From the NCBI GenBank assembly GCA_030390025.1, contig CM059432.1, positions 135,534,001-135,598,000 on the forward strand: DNA of 64,000 nt. The letters run 5' to 3'. The notes under the pieces were generated by a model. That model saw only the letters and a program-made list of their open reading frames with translations, did not search any database and was not told where the DNA came from. Origin of the DNA: Squalus acanthias (taxonomy: Eukaryota). Positions 26,802 to 39,827 of this stretch are shown here, piece by piece (the stretch's first letter is position 1; the number at the start of each line of letters is the position of its first letter). A program made the translations under genes and the position numbers.

Positions 26802-28661
26802 CTGTTTCTCTCTCCTCAATGCTGCCTGACCTGCTGAGTGTTTCCAGCACGTTCTGTTGTTGTAAGAGGTGGTTCAGGCTTGACTGATGTCTTACACAGG
26901 AAGAAAATGGGGTGCAGAAGAATGCAAGAGGAGACATTCAGAATTATACTGTGTTGACTTGACTAGACTCCTCTAGGTGAACAATGAGCACTAATATTAG
27001 GTGTGCAAAATCATAATGAAAAGCACTGGAATTGTAAAATTACAGGAACATTTTTTGTTCAAAATATTCATGCATTAACTTAACTCTTACATTATGAAGA
27101 ATGAATTAACTGGTCTGGCATGATGTGTGTCATAGTAAAGATAACGCACGATTCAGACCTCCTTGGTCCAACAAACAAGGAAGTATCAAAAGGTTGACTG
27201 ATCGTGTCCACTCATAGGTTTGGCTGAAAAACCATTTTTCCAATGTGGGTCCTACTTTCAAAATGGTTATTAGATCAAGGCGGCACAGAAAATAAGACTT
27301 TTTTACAAAAACGAAGTAAGTTATTGAATATAGCATATTTAGAAATTAGATGAAACTTAAAAAGATAGGACAATGGGAATGAATGAGAAAAAAAAGACAG
27401 CAAACAAGTATTTAAAAATCAAGTATTTTCTGGTACTATATATTGTATTACAGTAATAAAACTACTCCTCGACAGCAGTGCTACTATAATATTGTCATTT
27501 AGAACCACAGTACTGCATTAAAAATAAAAAAAAGTCAGCCCAGCAAGTCTGAAAGACTTACAGGTCTTAATATGAAGTGTTAAATTGTGAATGACGTACA
27601 GGTCAAAGCACAGTTTTCTGTAGATAGAAATTAAACTAACATACATATTCTAGTACAAATACATTAGATTATTCAGTATTTTATGTTAATACAACAGGGC
27701 ACCAACATTATTTTCTTAAAGGATTACCATCTTTTGGGATTTTTTTTTTAAATCCTGTATTCAAGGAAAGGAAATCCCTTTAAAATGTTTCATTTTTTCA
27801 TAGTTAAAAGAAAAATTGCTTCAACTTGTCCAATTAAAATCTGCTTGCAAACTAACTGGCTCAACAAGACATTTTAGCACCAAAAGTCACAGTATGTTCT
27901 CCCATTTACAGAACATGCTGTCCTCGTATTTGAATAGTTCTTTCAAGCTGTGAAACAGCAATTGTTGGTAGTGCATGGCAAATGACCAAGTAGATTCCAT
28001 GGAATATTTCCAGGAGGGTTCTTGCGTCTGCTTTTTCTTACCGTGAATGAAACACATGGAAACATTTTCATTAAAAACGTTATAGAAAAATTCTCACGTG
28101 AAAATATCCCAAAATTCATCCTCAAGGAAACAAAAAAGCATAAGAGGTCATAAAATAGATGTATACAGAAAATGCTGCACAGTAAAGGGGGGGGGGGGGG
28201 GGGGTGCGGTAGGGAGCACGACATACAATAGACAGCCAAATATATAGTAAACCACCTTAACAGTAGAAAACAGCTAGGTCAATGGCTTGCAGAAAGTGTG
28301 GTTGGTGGTCATCCAAATGATGGTCGGGGAGAATTCTGTCAGGACTTTCACATATGCTAGCTTAATATTTGAATCTCAATCACTGAAGCTAATTAGCACA
28401 GCAAAGCTTAGCAAGTATGGAGCATTCGAGCCAACTGTTCCCTGCTCAGAAGTGGTAGCTCCTACAGCGCTCTCATTTGTTGCTCTTAAATGAGGCTTCA
28501 TGAGTTCAGATTCTGAGATATCAGTGTTCACGAACCAGCTCCCAAATTAACACTGCTAAATTTGTTTCTCTTATTCCAACGGCCAACTGATAGACCAAGA
28601 AAAACTGGCAAACAAGAGCTAAATTTAGCTGCTTACACTGGGCCTTAAAGACAGACAATAA

Positions 28662-28940
28662 TGTGCGGGTTAGGTTGATTTGGCTATGATAAATTGACCC
28701 TTAGTGTTAGGGGGGGATTAAATATGTGGGGTTACGGGGATAGGATGGGATATGTTAGGGGGAATTAAATACGTGGGGTTACGGGGATAGGGTGGGATAT
28801 GTGTCGGTGCAGGCTCGATGGGGATTCTGTGTGAGAAAGCAGGGACAGGGTACTGGATTTGGATGATCAGCCATGATCGTATTGAATGGTGGAGCAGGCT
28901 CGACGAGCCGAATGGCCTACTCCTGCTCCTAGTTTCTATT
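28662..28940 (+). mobile_element. HE1-type SINE 3' part (internally duplicated) joined to a CR1 3' tail
   Basis: Matches 35248-35395, then matches the CR1 tail at 57914-58016. Confidence 0.7.
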
Positions 28941-28944
28941 CATA

Positions 28945-29586
28945 GGGCTAACGACTCCCACTAAATTCAGCGGGAGTTTAGCGGCGGCGGTAACCGGTAG
29001 CACCCCGCTCCACAGGCGATGACAAAGTCATCGCCGTGTGCAGCGCCCCCATTTTCACCCTGCCTGCAAAATTGGCCCGCACCCCCTGAATCTGTGCCCG
29101 GTGATAACGGGGACTGATTCAGGGGGCGGGCGGCTGGAGGCTCGCAGGGCGCTAACTAAAAGGGAGGTGGCAGGCGGGGGAAAAAAATGTTCAAAAATCG
29201 GCCAACTTACTTATCGCGGCCCGTTGATTCTCAGAGCGCGGACTCCACGTTCAGAGTGCCGGGCTGCTGGCACAGCACCCCGCTCCCCGATGGTCCAGGT
29301 AGGGCCCCGCAGAGTTGTGGGCTTGGGCCCTCCCCTTTAATGAGGGGGAAGAGCCCTTCCATGCAGCAGCGCTAGGTGGCCCAGTGCGTAGTGCTGCAGA
29401 ATGCATCGCCCCAATAGTCGGGGTTTGCGCTCCAAGAAGGAAGGAGCGCTTGACTTAGTGCTCCACCTCCCTCTTGGGGTGCTAAAACTGAAGTTCGATC
29501 GCCGGCGCTATTTTTCGCCAGGCGCTAAATTTAACCCCCAGGTGTTGTTACTGCCCCAAAATGGTCGCTAACGAATTTCCCCCCCG
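28945..29586. mobile_element. GC-rich non-autonomous DNA transposon remnant (Harbinger-like right end)
   Basis: CpG-rich block ending GAATTTCCCCCC; the left TIR is not visible. Confidence 0.45.
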
Positions 29587-30626
29587 CCAACCATGATCTC
29601 TCTGCAAATCTCAAACGGGTTTTTTTTGTACAGTAGCTTCTCTCAAATTGTACAAACAGAATAAAAACAAATGGTACTAAGGCAGAGGTTATCAAATACT
29701 CATGAAAAAGTCAAAGTCTATCTAATTCAAATTTTAAGAGGATGATTTCCAAATATCTACAGTGCACTATAATCATGCCCACAAAGAGTCAAACCTAATA
29801 ACTCAACTAGTCATTTGTGACCTAGTTGATGATTTTTACCACTCATGATCAGGCCGCCTGGGGAAGATAAAGGGAAAAAAGAGTAATCTAGAAAGGGTCA
29901 ATTTTGTAATTTGATTGATATTATAAGGAATTTGCCCATTAACTGGCCCACTCTGTTGAATGAATGGGTCAGAAAAACAAAGGGTTAAAAATAAGAGTTA
30001 CGGACAGGTTAAAGTCCCCGAAGCTCAAATAAAAATAGAATGCTGGAAATGCACAGGAAATCAATCTGGAGTCCAACCCAAAATATTAACCCATCCTTCT
30101 GCTTCAAATGGTGACTGATATATTTCTACAATTTTTTATTTTTACTTCAGATTTCTGGCATTTGTTGCTTTTCTTTTCAAGAGAAGCAATGTGGCCAAAT
30201 GAAGGTAAGCAAAGCAAACCTGTTAGAGGCCTCTACCCAGCCCAGGTTCCATGGCTCCGTGAAGTGCTCCTATGGAATTAGATTATTGGGAAACTGCCAG
30301 AACACTGTACAAGATAGGAAACATTATTTCTGTGTGAATACATAATACAGAGACACTAATTAAATAAATACAATCTGAACTCTCCAGTTGTTCTGGAACA
30401 ACTCCAGAATTATAGGCATTCCCAGCCCGCAAGTAACTGACTTAAAGAACAATTTATCTGAAAGCAGTGAATGAAGAAATCTCAAAACAGTGGCTTTGTC
30501 GTCAGGTACTTTCGAGTGATCCAATAAGTATAAACTCTGGAGATGGCCAAAGGAGAGGCTTATGTCTTTTACACACTTATGCACCAGTAATATTGAGCGT
30601 CGTGAGTGCTACGCTGATGAAAGACT

Positions 30627-31097
30627 GTCAGCTGTGACTCAGTTGGTAGCACTCTCGCCGGAGTCAGAAGGTTGTGGGTTCAAGTCCCACTCCAGGGACT
30701 TGAGCACATAAAGCTAGGCTGACACTCCAGTGCAGTGCTGAGGGAGTGTTGTACTGTTGGAGGTGCGGTCTTTCGGATGAGGCGTTAAACCGAGGTCCCG
30801 TCTGCCCTCTCAGGTGGACACAAAAGATCCCATAGCACTATTTTGAAGAGGAGCAGGGGAGTTATCCCCGGTGTCCTGGCCAATATTTATCCCTCAACCA
30901 ACATCACTAAACAGATTACCTGGTCATTATCACATTGCTGTTTGTGGGAGCTTGCTCTGCACAAATTGGCTGCCACGTTTCCCACATTACAACAGTGACT
31001 ACACTTCAAAAGTACTTCATTGGCTGTAAAGCGCTTTGAGACGTCCGGTGGTCATGAAAGGCGCTGTATAAATGCAAGTCTTTCTTTCTTTCTTTCT
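30627..31097 (+). mobile_element. Full-length Deu-domain tRNA SINE (SacSINE1-like)
   Basis: tRNA head with A/B boxes, Deu-like core, L2-like tail and (CTTT)n end. Confidence 0.9.
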
Positions 31098-32003
31098 CTA
31101 GTAAAACTTTGCCAAAGTATCATCGCAGCAGCATTTGGGCAGGCCAATACTGCCAATAGCTTGTAGCTGATGTACAGGCCATAGATATTGGCTGGCCTCA
31201 TTGGAGGCAAAGCAGCAGAATTCAAATCCAAAAGCCTGACTTGGCATGCAACATTTAGTTCTGGTGCCCAGCTTCTCGAAGCAGGGAAAATGAAAGTTCA
31301 TGAAGTCAGCTACAGGTAAGAAATTTTTACTCATGATTTGAAAAACACAACAGTTTTCATTTTCTTAGTAAATTACTTTTTTGTTTAGTGGTTTGCATAT
31401 TGGTGGAATCTCATAGGATCAAGTATTGATACAGCAAATCTGATAATGCATTTGTGCATATTTCAGTGCGGTTACATACTTCAGGACGAGATGTGTTGTG
31501 TTGTTCAAGAAGGGGAAGAGAGTTGTGCAGGGACAATTTTGGGCTGCCCCACTTTGTTTTGGGTTAAAGTTAACATGGGTAGCAGTCTTTGCAATGATTT
31601 ATGAAGGAGGAGTTTATACCCATCTTTCATCTCGTATCAGCCTGCCTTTCCTTTTATTGGGGCATGCTGTGTTATTTGGAGCAGAGAGGGTGCTAAGGGT
31701 AGGAAGAGAGAAAGGCGGTCTTATTGCATAGACCAAGAAAGGGACGCAGGGTGCCTGCTACTTTTCATCCTTGAATGGAAGCCATTCATATTCTCCAACT
31801 AGCATATGGCATCCGTTCTTAAGTTATGTTTTTGGTGGCAACTTCACCAAAGCAAAGGATTACACCTTCTCACTGATGGTAAGATTTGTTCTAGTCTGCA
31901 TAACATGGGAGGTGCTCAATCCTCAAACCCCACAACAGAGACAGAGTTCTGAGGACCTTATGAGGCTAATCATGGCTCTTGCAGTGTCCCAGACTGCTTT
32001 TGG

Positions 32004-33228
32004 AACAACAACTTTATTTATATAGAGCCTTTAACATAGTAAAATATCCCAAGGCGTTTCATCAGGGCGTTATAAAACAAAATTTGACACCGAGCCACAT
32101 AAAGAGCTATTAGGGCAAGTGACCAAAAGCTTGGTCAAAGAGGTAGATTTTAAGGAGCATCTTAAAAAGGAGGAAAGAGAGGAAGAGAGGCGGAGAGGTT
32201 TAGGGAGGGAGTTCCAGAGCTTAGGATCTCAGCAGCTGAAGGCACAAGCGCCAACGGTGGAGCAATTAAAATCAGGGCCGCGCAAGAGGCCCAAAATTGG
32301 AGGAGCGCAGAGTTCTGGGAGGGTTGTAGGGCCAGGTGAGATTAGAGATGGGGAGGGGCGAGGCCATGGAGGGATTTTTTAAATCGAGGCGTTGCTTAAC
32401 TGGGAGCGAATGTAGGTCAGCGAGCAGAGGTGACGGGCGAACAGGACTTGGTACGAGTTAGGACACGGGCAGCAGAGTTTTGGATGGCCTCATGTTTAGA
32501 GAGAGTGAAAGATGGGAGGCAGGCCAGGAGTGTGTAGGAATAGTCAAGTCTAGAGGTAACAAAGGCATGTATGAGGGTTTCAGCAGCAGGTGAGTTGAGG
32601 CAGGGGTGGAGTCGGGCGATGTTCCAGAGGTGCAAATAGGCGGTCTTAGTGATGGCGTGGATATGTGGTCGGAAGCTCATCTTGGGGTCAAATACGACAC
32701 CAAGCTTGTGAACAGTCAAGCCTCAGCCACTTGCCAGGAAGGGGAATGGAGTCAGTGGCTAGGGAATGGAATTTGTGGCAGGGACCGAAGGCAATGGGTT
32801 TGGTCTTCCCAATTTTTAGTTGGAGGAAATTTTTGCTAATCCAGTACTGGATGTCGGAGAAGCAGTCTGACAATTTAGAGACAGTGGAGGGGTAGAGAGA
32901 TGTGATGAGTTGGAGCTAGGTGTCATCAGCATACGTGTGGAAAACGACGCGGTTTTCAGATGATGTCGCCAAGGGGCAGCATGTAGATGAGAAATAGGAG
33001 GGGGCTGAGGATAGATCCTTGCAGGACACCAGAGGCAACGGTGCGGGATCAGGAAGAGAAGCCATTGCAGGTGATTCGCTGGCTACGACTGAATAGATAA
33101 GAATGGAACCAAGCGAGTGCAGTCCCACCCAGCTGGACGACAGTGGAGAGGCGATGGAGGAGGAGGTGTGGTCAACCGTGTCAAAGGCTGCAGACAGGTC
33201 GAGAAGGACGAGGAGGGATAGTTTACCA
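32004..33228 (-). mobile_element. L2 LINE 3' portion
   Basis: YADDT, LGVVFDPKMSF and AETLIHAFVTSRLDY motifs of L2 RT. Confidence 0.92.
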
Positions 33229-34944
33229 GCAACACTTAAATGTGTAGAAGCATGCCCATACAGTTACAGCGTCTCCAGTATACATCGGACAGGAAAGTTT
33301 GGGTTTTATTAAGTTTGTGGGGGATACAGTAGCTTCACTGAACAAGTTTGAGCTGACCTTCCTGCATTTTGTTCCATGTGGCAATTGTGAGCATCTATCT
33401 CAATACATTCCGCCTTTTACCTGCTGACCAGGTTGCACGCCCAAGTACTCTTAAGACAATCTATCATGTCTGTCTTCAAACATGAACATCACTTACAGGG
33501 CATATATATTATGCAATTGGAAAGCTCTTTGGGACCAAGGAAGTTGGAATTTTTTTTCCTCCATAGGGAAATTCAAAGATAAAGTAATACAAGCCCTATG
33601 CGGAGACATATTCATTTCAGGTATTATGAATTTGATTTTCTTTTTGTGGTCAAAGTAATACAACTATAGCTAAAAACAATTGGACATTGTGTCAAAATAT
33701 ATAGGTCCAGAGATTTTATTATTCTACAACGCTATGTAGTAGAACAATTTCTGCCACTATGGCATGATAGTGAGCTACATAAATATATTTTCCATTGCTT
33801 ATTCCGTCTTTAGACTGCTATTTTCAGCAGGTTTAAACCCAAAACAAAACAGATAACTGACCTGAGACCAATAGAATTTTCAACTTCTGCTATTGTAATG
33901 TTTGTTAAGTAGTTTTTTTTTGCTTCAATCATACTCTTTGTGAATGCTGGTATCCAGAAGACATTCACAATAAAGGATACAATCCTTGACTTGTGACAGA
34001 TAATGTGTATCAGGTCTAACGAATCTGACTTTCTAATGTACCCTCTGAACTGGCAAGCAATTTAATACTTTTCAAAAGCAATTTTCCTATTGTGCTGTAA
34101 AATTTCAGCACAGTATTTAAAGTCAACAATAAAGTGATGAATTATGTATTTTTTTCATAGCCAAGACAAGCATAGTGTGGTCTATATTAACCACATCTCT
34201 GGTAGTCTATTCATCAATGATGTGACATCCTTTTGCACTTAACAGCTACTGTATGTCAATCATGGAACATTGGAGCTTCTAGTAATTAAGTGTAAGACTA
34301 GTACATTTTTTAAAATGCAGGCAAGAGAAATAGTCTGAACAAAGGATACAAAACGGTAGACATCAAAACTCACAGCATGAATGCAGCACTCATTTAGTCC
34401 ATCAAATAGGCAGGAAGACAGATCTCTTACCAAGGCTGCTTATTGTACGATGAATGTTACACTTATTCCCAAACAACCTAAACAAATAATGCCAGCGGTG
34501 GCATAACAGAATATTGAAAATATCTGGATTTTACTTAATCAAAACTTTGATATTTTACCAAATATATGAATTTAAGATTAATTTCAATTAATCACCTCCC
34601 ATCTGTGTTGCATAGAAATCCAGATTCCTAAAGTATGAAAATATCCCACTCAGGGTGAGCAATAAATGTAGCTATGCCAGCGTCGTCCACATCCCAGGAA
34701 TAATTTGTTTTAATTCGTTCACGGGATGTGGGCATCGCTGGCAAGGCCAGCATTTATTGCACATCCCTAATTGACCTTGAAGAACTGAGTGGCTTACTAG
34801 GCAGAGGGCAGTTAAGAGTCAACCACATTGCTGTGGGTCTGGAGTCACATATAGGCCAGACCAGTTAAGGGCAGCAGATTTCCTTCCCTAAAGGGCATTA
34901 GTGAACCAGATGACAATCCAGTAGTTTCATGGTCACCATTATTG

Positions 34945-35397
34945 TGGCAACACGGTGGCATAGTGGTTAGCACTGTTGCCTCACAGCTTCACCTGAGGAA
35001 GGGGCGATCGATAGCTCCGAAAGCTTGTGATTTCAAATAAAACTGTTGGACTATAATCTGGTGTTGTGCGACCTCTCAATTTTGTCCACCCAAGTCCAAC
35101 ACCGGCATCTCCGCATCATGCCTCACAGCGCCAGGGACCTGGGTTCGAATCCGGCCTCGGGTGACTGTCTGTGTGGAGTTTGCACATTCTCCCCGTGTCT
35201 GCGTGGGTTTCCTCCGGGTGCTCCGGTTTCCTCCCACAGTCCAAAGATGTGCGGGTTAGGTTGATTTGGCTATGATAAATTGACCCTTAGTGTTAGGGGG
35301 ATTAAATACATGGGGTTACGGGGATAGGGTGGGATGTGTGTCGGTGCAGGCTCGATGGGCTGAAATGGCCTCTATCTGCACTGTGGGGATTCTGTGA
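34945..35397 (+). mobile_element. HE1 / V-SINE family element
   Basis: tRNA head GGTGGCATAGTGGTTAGCAC...GGTTCGAATCC and V-domain TGTGTGGAGTTTGCACATTCTCCCCGTGTCTGCGTGGGTTTCCTCCGGGTGCTCCGGTTTCCTCCCACA. Confidence 0.88.
34988..35118 (+). mobile_element. Hammerhead-bearing mini retroelement (probable PLE terminal repeat, family 2), copy 1
   Basis: 11-bp TSD TGCCTCACAGC (34977-87 / 35119-29). Hammerhead 34989-35030: TCAC-CTGAGGA-A-GGGGC(8nt)GCTCC-GAAA-GC-TT-GTGA. Confidence 0.8.
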
Positions 35398-35969
35398 TTA
35401 TGGATACCAGCTTTATTTAATTAACTGAATTGAAATTCCACAGCTGCCGGATCACTAATCCAGGCCTCTGGATTACTAGTCCAGTAACATAACGACCTCG
35501 CTACCGTTCCTTTGCATTTAATGCATTACAATGTCCACTAGCTGCTGTATTTTGTGGCAAGTCCATCTGCAACAAACAGAAAAATATTGGAGTCCGGCCA
35601 CTGACAGTTCATCTTCGTACTATACAAGGTTATACAGAGTGGCAGGATGCTACACCTAGCAATTCTTCCCTAAATAGAGACTTCTTCCAAATATTAGAAG
35701 ATATTTTTTTTTTAAAACACCTTTTTCCAATAATACCTTTGGTTAACAAAATTAAGGGATATGGGGCTAAGGCGGGTATATGAAGTTAGGTCACAGATCA
35801 GCCATGATCTCACTGAATGACGAAACAGGCTCAAGGGGCTAAATGGCCTGCTCCTGTTCCGATGTTCCTACCGCATAACTGCCCCTTCAACATGAGAAAT
35901 CAATGATATTTATGGTGGCCAGATGGACAATACATCTTGTTCACTGCATTATTTCTTGAATTTGACAGT

Positions 35970-36400
35970 TTAGCTCAGTGGTACCATTCTTGCCTTGGAG
36001 TCAAAAAGTGGTGGGTTAGAGCCCCACTCCAGGCAGACAATTTTGTACAATGCTGAGGGAGTGCTGCATTGACAAAGGTGCCTCCTTTCCGATGAGATAC
36101 TAAATTAAGGCCCCATCTGCCTGTTTAAGTGGATGCACAAGTTCCGATTGCATTACTCAAAGAAGAGGAGGGAGCTCTCCTGGTGCCCAGGTCAACATTT
36201 ATCCCTCAACCATCACCACCCAAAAACAGATAATCTGGTCATTTATCCCACTGACTGCTTGTGGTCCCTACTGTGCACAAATTGGCTGCCACATTTGCCT
36301 ATAAAACATCAGCGACTCCACCGTAAAAGCAAGTCATTGGTTGTGAAATGTTTTGGGACATCCTGAGGATGTGAAAGGTGCTATTTAAATGGAGGTATTA
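35970..36400 (+). mobile_element. Diverged Deu-domain SINE
   Basis: Colinear with the 30627 copy, with many substitutions. Confidence 0.75.
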
Positions 36401-36767
36401 TCTTTCTGTACACAGTGGAATGGTAAACGTATCAGTCTTCTACATTTCGGCACCAAAGAACATGCCAATGAGTAATGTGCCCCTTTTCCTGGTGTTGCTA
36501 ATATTATGGTAGATAAAACTAAAAAAAGGAAAACCATTTACTTTTAGGAGACAGACTTGCATTTATGCAACACATTAAATGCCTCTTATGGGTGGAAGCT
36601 AACATGACCTTTACAAATTCAGATCTGCCTTAGCTACCTTCAGGTTCAGTGACATCAGCTGCTCCCATCAGCCGTCCGAGAAGCTTACTTTTATGGGAGA
36701 TACCTTGCACTTCCCTAAATCTATTTGCACAATAGCATAACCCAGGAAAACAGTACCATTCCCTTGT

Positions 36768-37233
36768 GTCAGCCGTGGCTCAGTGGGTAGCACACTCATC
36801 GCTGAATCAGAGGGTTGTGGGTTCAAGTCCCACTCCAGGGACTTGAGCACATAAATCTAAGCTGACACTCCAGTGCAGAGCTGAGGGAGTGTTGCACTGT
36901 CGGAGGTGCCATCTTTCGGATGAGACGTTAAACCGAGGCTCCTCTGCCTCTCAGGTGGACGTAAAAGATCCCATGGCACTATTTCGAAGAGCAGGGGAGT
37001 TATCCCCGGTGTCCTGGCCAATATTTATCCCTCAATCAACATAACAAAATCAGATTATCTGGTCATTATCACATTGCGGTTTGCGAGAGCTTGCTGTGCG
37101 CAATTTGGCTGCCGGGTTTCCCACATTACAACAATGACTACACTCCAAAAATACTTCATTGGCTGCAAAGCGCTTTGAGGCATCCGGTGGTCGTGAAAGG
37201 CGCTATACAAATGCAAGTCTTTCCTTTCTTTTT
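36768..37233 (+). mobile_element. Full-length Deu-domain tRNA SINE
   Basis: Highly similar to 30627-31097. Confidence 0.9.
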
Positions 37234-37344
37234 TGTGAGCTAGACTGGGTATTCATGTCCATTAAATGAATCCTTCTTTAATCTCTCTGAAGATGGACCA
37301 ACTAAACACTTTCAGAGCCAAACCCAAATACAAATTAAGCTGCT

Positions 37345-37640
37345 GTTCAGTCTTTCAGATGCCCCATCTGCCCTCTCAGCTGGACATAAAAGATCCCATG
37401 GCACTATTCAAAGAGCAGGGGTATCCTGGCCACTATTTAGGCCTCAACTATCAACACCACCAAAGAGATTATCTAGTCATCATCACATTGCTGTTTGCAG
37501 GACCTTGCTGTGTGCAAAATGGCTGCTGCATTTCCAATGTTACAACAGTGACTACGCTTCAAAAGTATTTCATTGGCTGTAAAGCGCGTTGGAATGTCCG
37601 GAGGTGGTTAAACGCGCTGTATAAATACAAGTTCTTTATT
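37345..37640 (+). mobile_element. Partial Deu-domain SINE
   Basis: Central and 3' portions of the same family. Confidence 0.75.
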
Positions 37641-38458
37641 TCACAGTAAGGGGAATGTACAGAGCAGCAGTTATGATCAAACTCTCTGAATTCAATCCGT
37701 ACAACTTATCCACTTAATAATTCCAAAATAAAGAATACATTTCCCCACATCCATGGGACAGCTCACTTGAATTAAACAAGATGACTTCTAACTGTTGCTC
37801 CAGCATTTCAATCCACTTGTTCTTTAAAAACTTGGCTGCTTGTACATCGTGCTTCCAAAAACCTCATGTTCCAGCATCTCTCTTACATTCCACTGTGCAC
37901 AGCCAAGAAATGGGACCAAAGACTTTCCCCATATACCTGTAATAGGTGTGAGGTTTTCTTTTTGATTGCCGAGCTAGACTAACAAATTGCTTATTTACAA
38001 TGAGGAAACAACATGAAAAAGTTCTCATTAGCATCTTAACCACCTGTCACAGCTTTATTTTTTGAATACACTGCTTTTAAAATCCCAATATTCAAAGTAA
38101 CTTTTTTCAAATCCTTTGTGGAAAATGGTTAGAAAAGCACAAAAATCAGTGTGATAAATATTGGTGGGAAGAGGGGAGAATAATCAGAATATCTTGAAAG
38201 TGCAGAGGAGTATAAACTAATAATGCCCAACTATTTCAGTGCAATTTACAATAATTGATGCCGATATGCAGTCATTAGTGAACCTCAAAAATTTAGAACT
38301 ATATTTCTGCATCACCACAAAAATGATAAGACAGTGTGACTGAACTATGGAATTAGAAATGGTAAGGAACATGCCATGCTAAGACATGTTGCATCTAATT
38401 TGCTTTATGTACTTTTTGGGCATTGTTTCCCTTGTGCTTGTAATCTCAATGAACTAAG

Positions 38459-39827
38459 GTAGGAAAATGGAAAATCCAAGTGTGAACTGCCAGATTCAAA
38501 AATACATTTATATTTATAGTAACTGTTATTAGACAGTGCATTTGGCATAGCATGTTGGGAGTACCAATATCTTGTGCCACAGAATGGTAGCTCATAGGAT
38601 CATACTCTGAACTCCCCGCTTGATGGACTTTCAATCTTGGAAGCACTTCTCCACGGGTAGTGAGGGCAAGTCACTCTGGGTCACTTTTCTTCAATTGGCA
38701 CAACAGAGTTATTGGTAAATGCATGGCAAAAACAGTGTCTTTGGGGCCACAGTTGCTTACCACAAGTCCCATATGAAGAATTACAACACAAGGAATACAT
38801 ATAAAGGAACCCCTCCGTAACGCGCCCCCCCCCCCCCCCCCCTTTCCCGCCACCACCCCGCTCCCCTGGCAAGTTGTTTTAACTTGACCATTTCAAGGAA
38901 GGCACAAAATCCAAGGCTTTGTGGGCCAGATAGGCAGGGCTCGTGGGACACTACATAGTTGTAATTCGGACACCTCTGCAGTAGGTTCTGTTGGCCACGA
39001 GTGAGTGGCAACTTGTTGGAAACAAGCTTCCAGGATTAACTGGGATAACCTGTTTAAAAATACCTTTGCCAAATAAATTCCTCAGTACCTCAAAACTGCA
39101 TTACTCAATTGAGTAGCAAAATTGTCCATTGACCTTCGACAACCAAGATTGAACACCAAACCCACGCATATAGGATTAAAGTCTTCCCTCTGACAGCTGT
39201 TACAATCTTAAGTGAAATATACTTGGACAGCTTCAACAAATTTCCCACAGTGCAACACTCTTGTAATTGGGCAATTTCACTCAAGAGGCCACAGCTGTTT
39301 TGGGAAATGAAATGTCCTGCTGGTGCAGTACGGGAATGATTTCCATGCTTGAGCTTGGGGTTACAGCACATCATTGGGGCAGTCCAAAAAGAAGAAGAAC
39401 TCTCTCTACGAGTGCATTGGCTTCAAGTTTGAAATCTGGATTAAATTGTAATAAATAGGACTCATTATGTTGCGATGATGCTCTACATAGTTCAGCTGCT
39501 ATGCAACTAATGAGACGTTTATACATAAAACATTGTTTCACCTGTACTTGTGATCTTAATGATCTAAGATAGGAAAACGGAAAATCCAAGTGTGAGCTGT
39601 CAATACAAATATAAATGTATTTTTGAATCTAACTGTTATGAGACAGTGCAGTGGCATAGCATGCTGTATCTTGTGCCACAGAATGGTAGCTCATAGGATC
39701 ATACTCTTAACGCCCCACTTGACAGACTTTCAATCTTAGAAGTGCTACTCCACAGGTAGGGAGAGCAAGTCACTCTGGGTCACTTCTTCAATTGGCAGAA
39801 CAGAGCTATTGGTGAATGCATGGCAGC
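38459..39827. repeat. Pair of diverged ~270-bp direct repeats (38459-38728 and 39569-39827)
   Basis: Shared blocks AGGAAAAYGGAAAATCCAAGTGTGA, TCTTGTGCCACAGAATGGTAGCTCATAGGATCATACTCT and GCAAGTCACTCTGGGTCACTT. Confidence 0.9.

Larger units (their letters stand above)
26262..26863. mobile_element. Penelope-like fragment with ~130-bp inverted terminal arms
   Basis: 26281-26410 is the near-perfect reverse complement of 26731-26860. The spacer encodes the PLE C-terminus LEEQHLIFLLGTLQPSGLNIEFNNFRL*. Confidence 0.9.
34712..35510 (-). mobile_element. SINE-like element with a CR1-type tail, split by an HE1 SINE
   Basis: Tail matches the CR1-clade 3' end at 46500-46570; body resembles 49630-49860; sequence resumes at ~35400. 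Confidence 0.6.

Noticed and set aside
30627..30700. tRNA genes at SINE heads (also 8934, 34945, 36768, 40857, 51740, 61830)
   Set aside because: The A/B boxes continue directly into SINE bodies and no complete cloverleaf is present.
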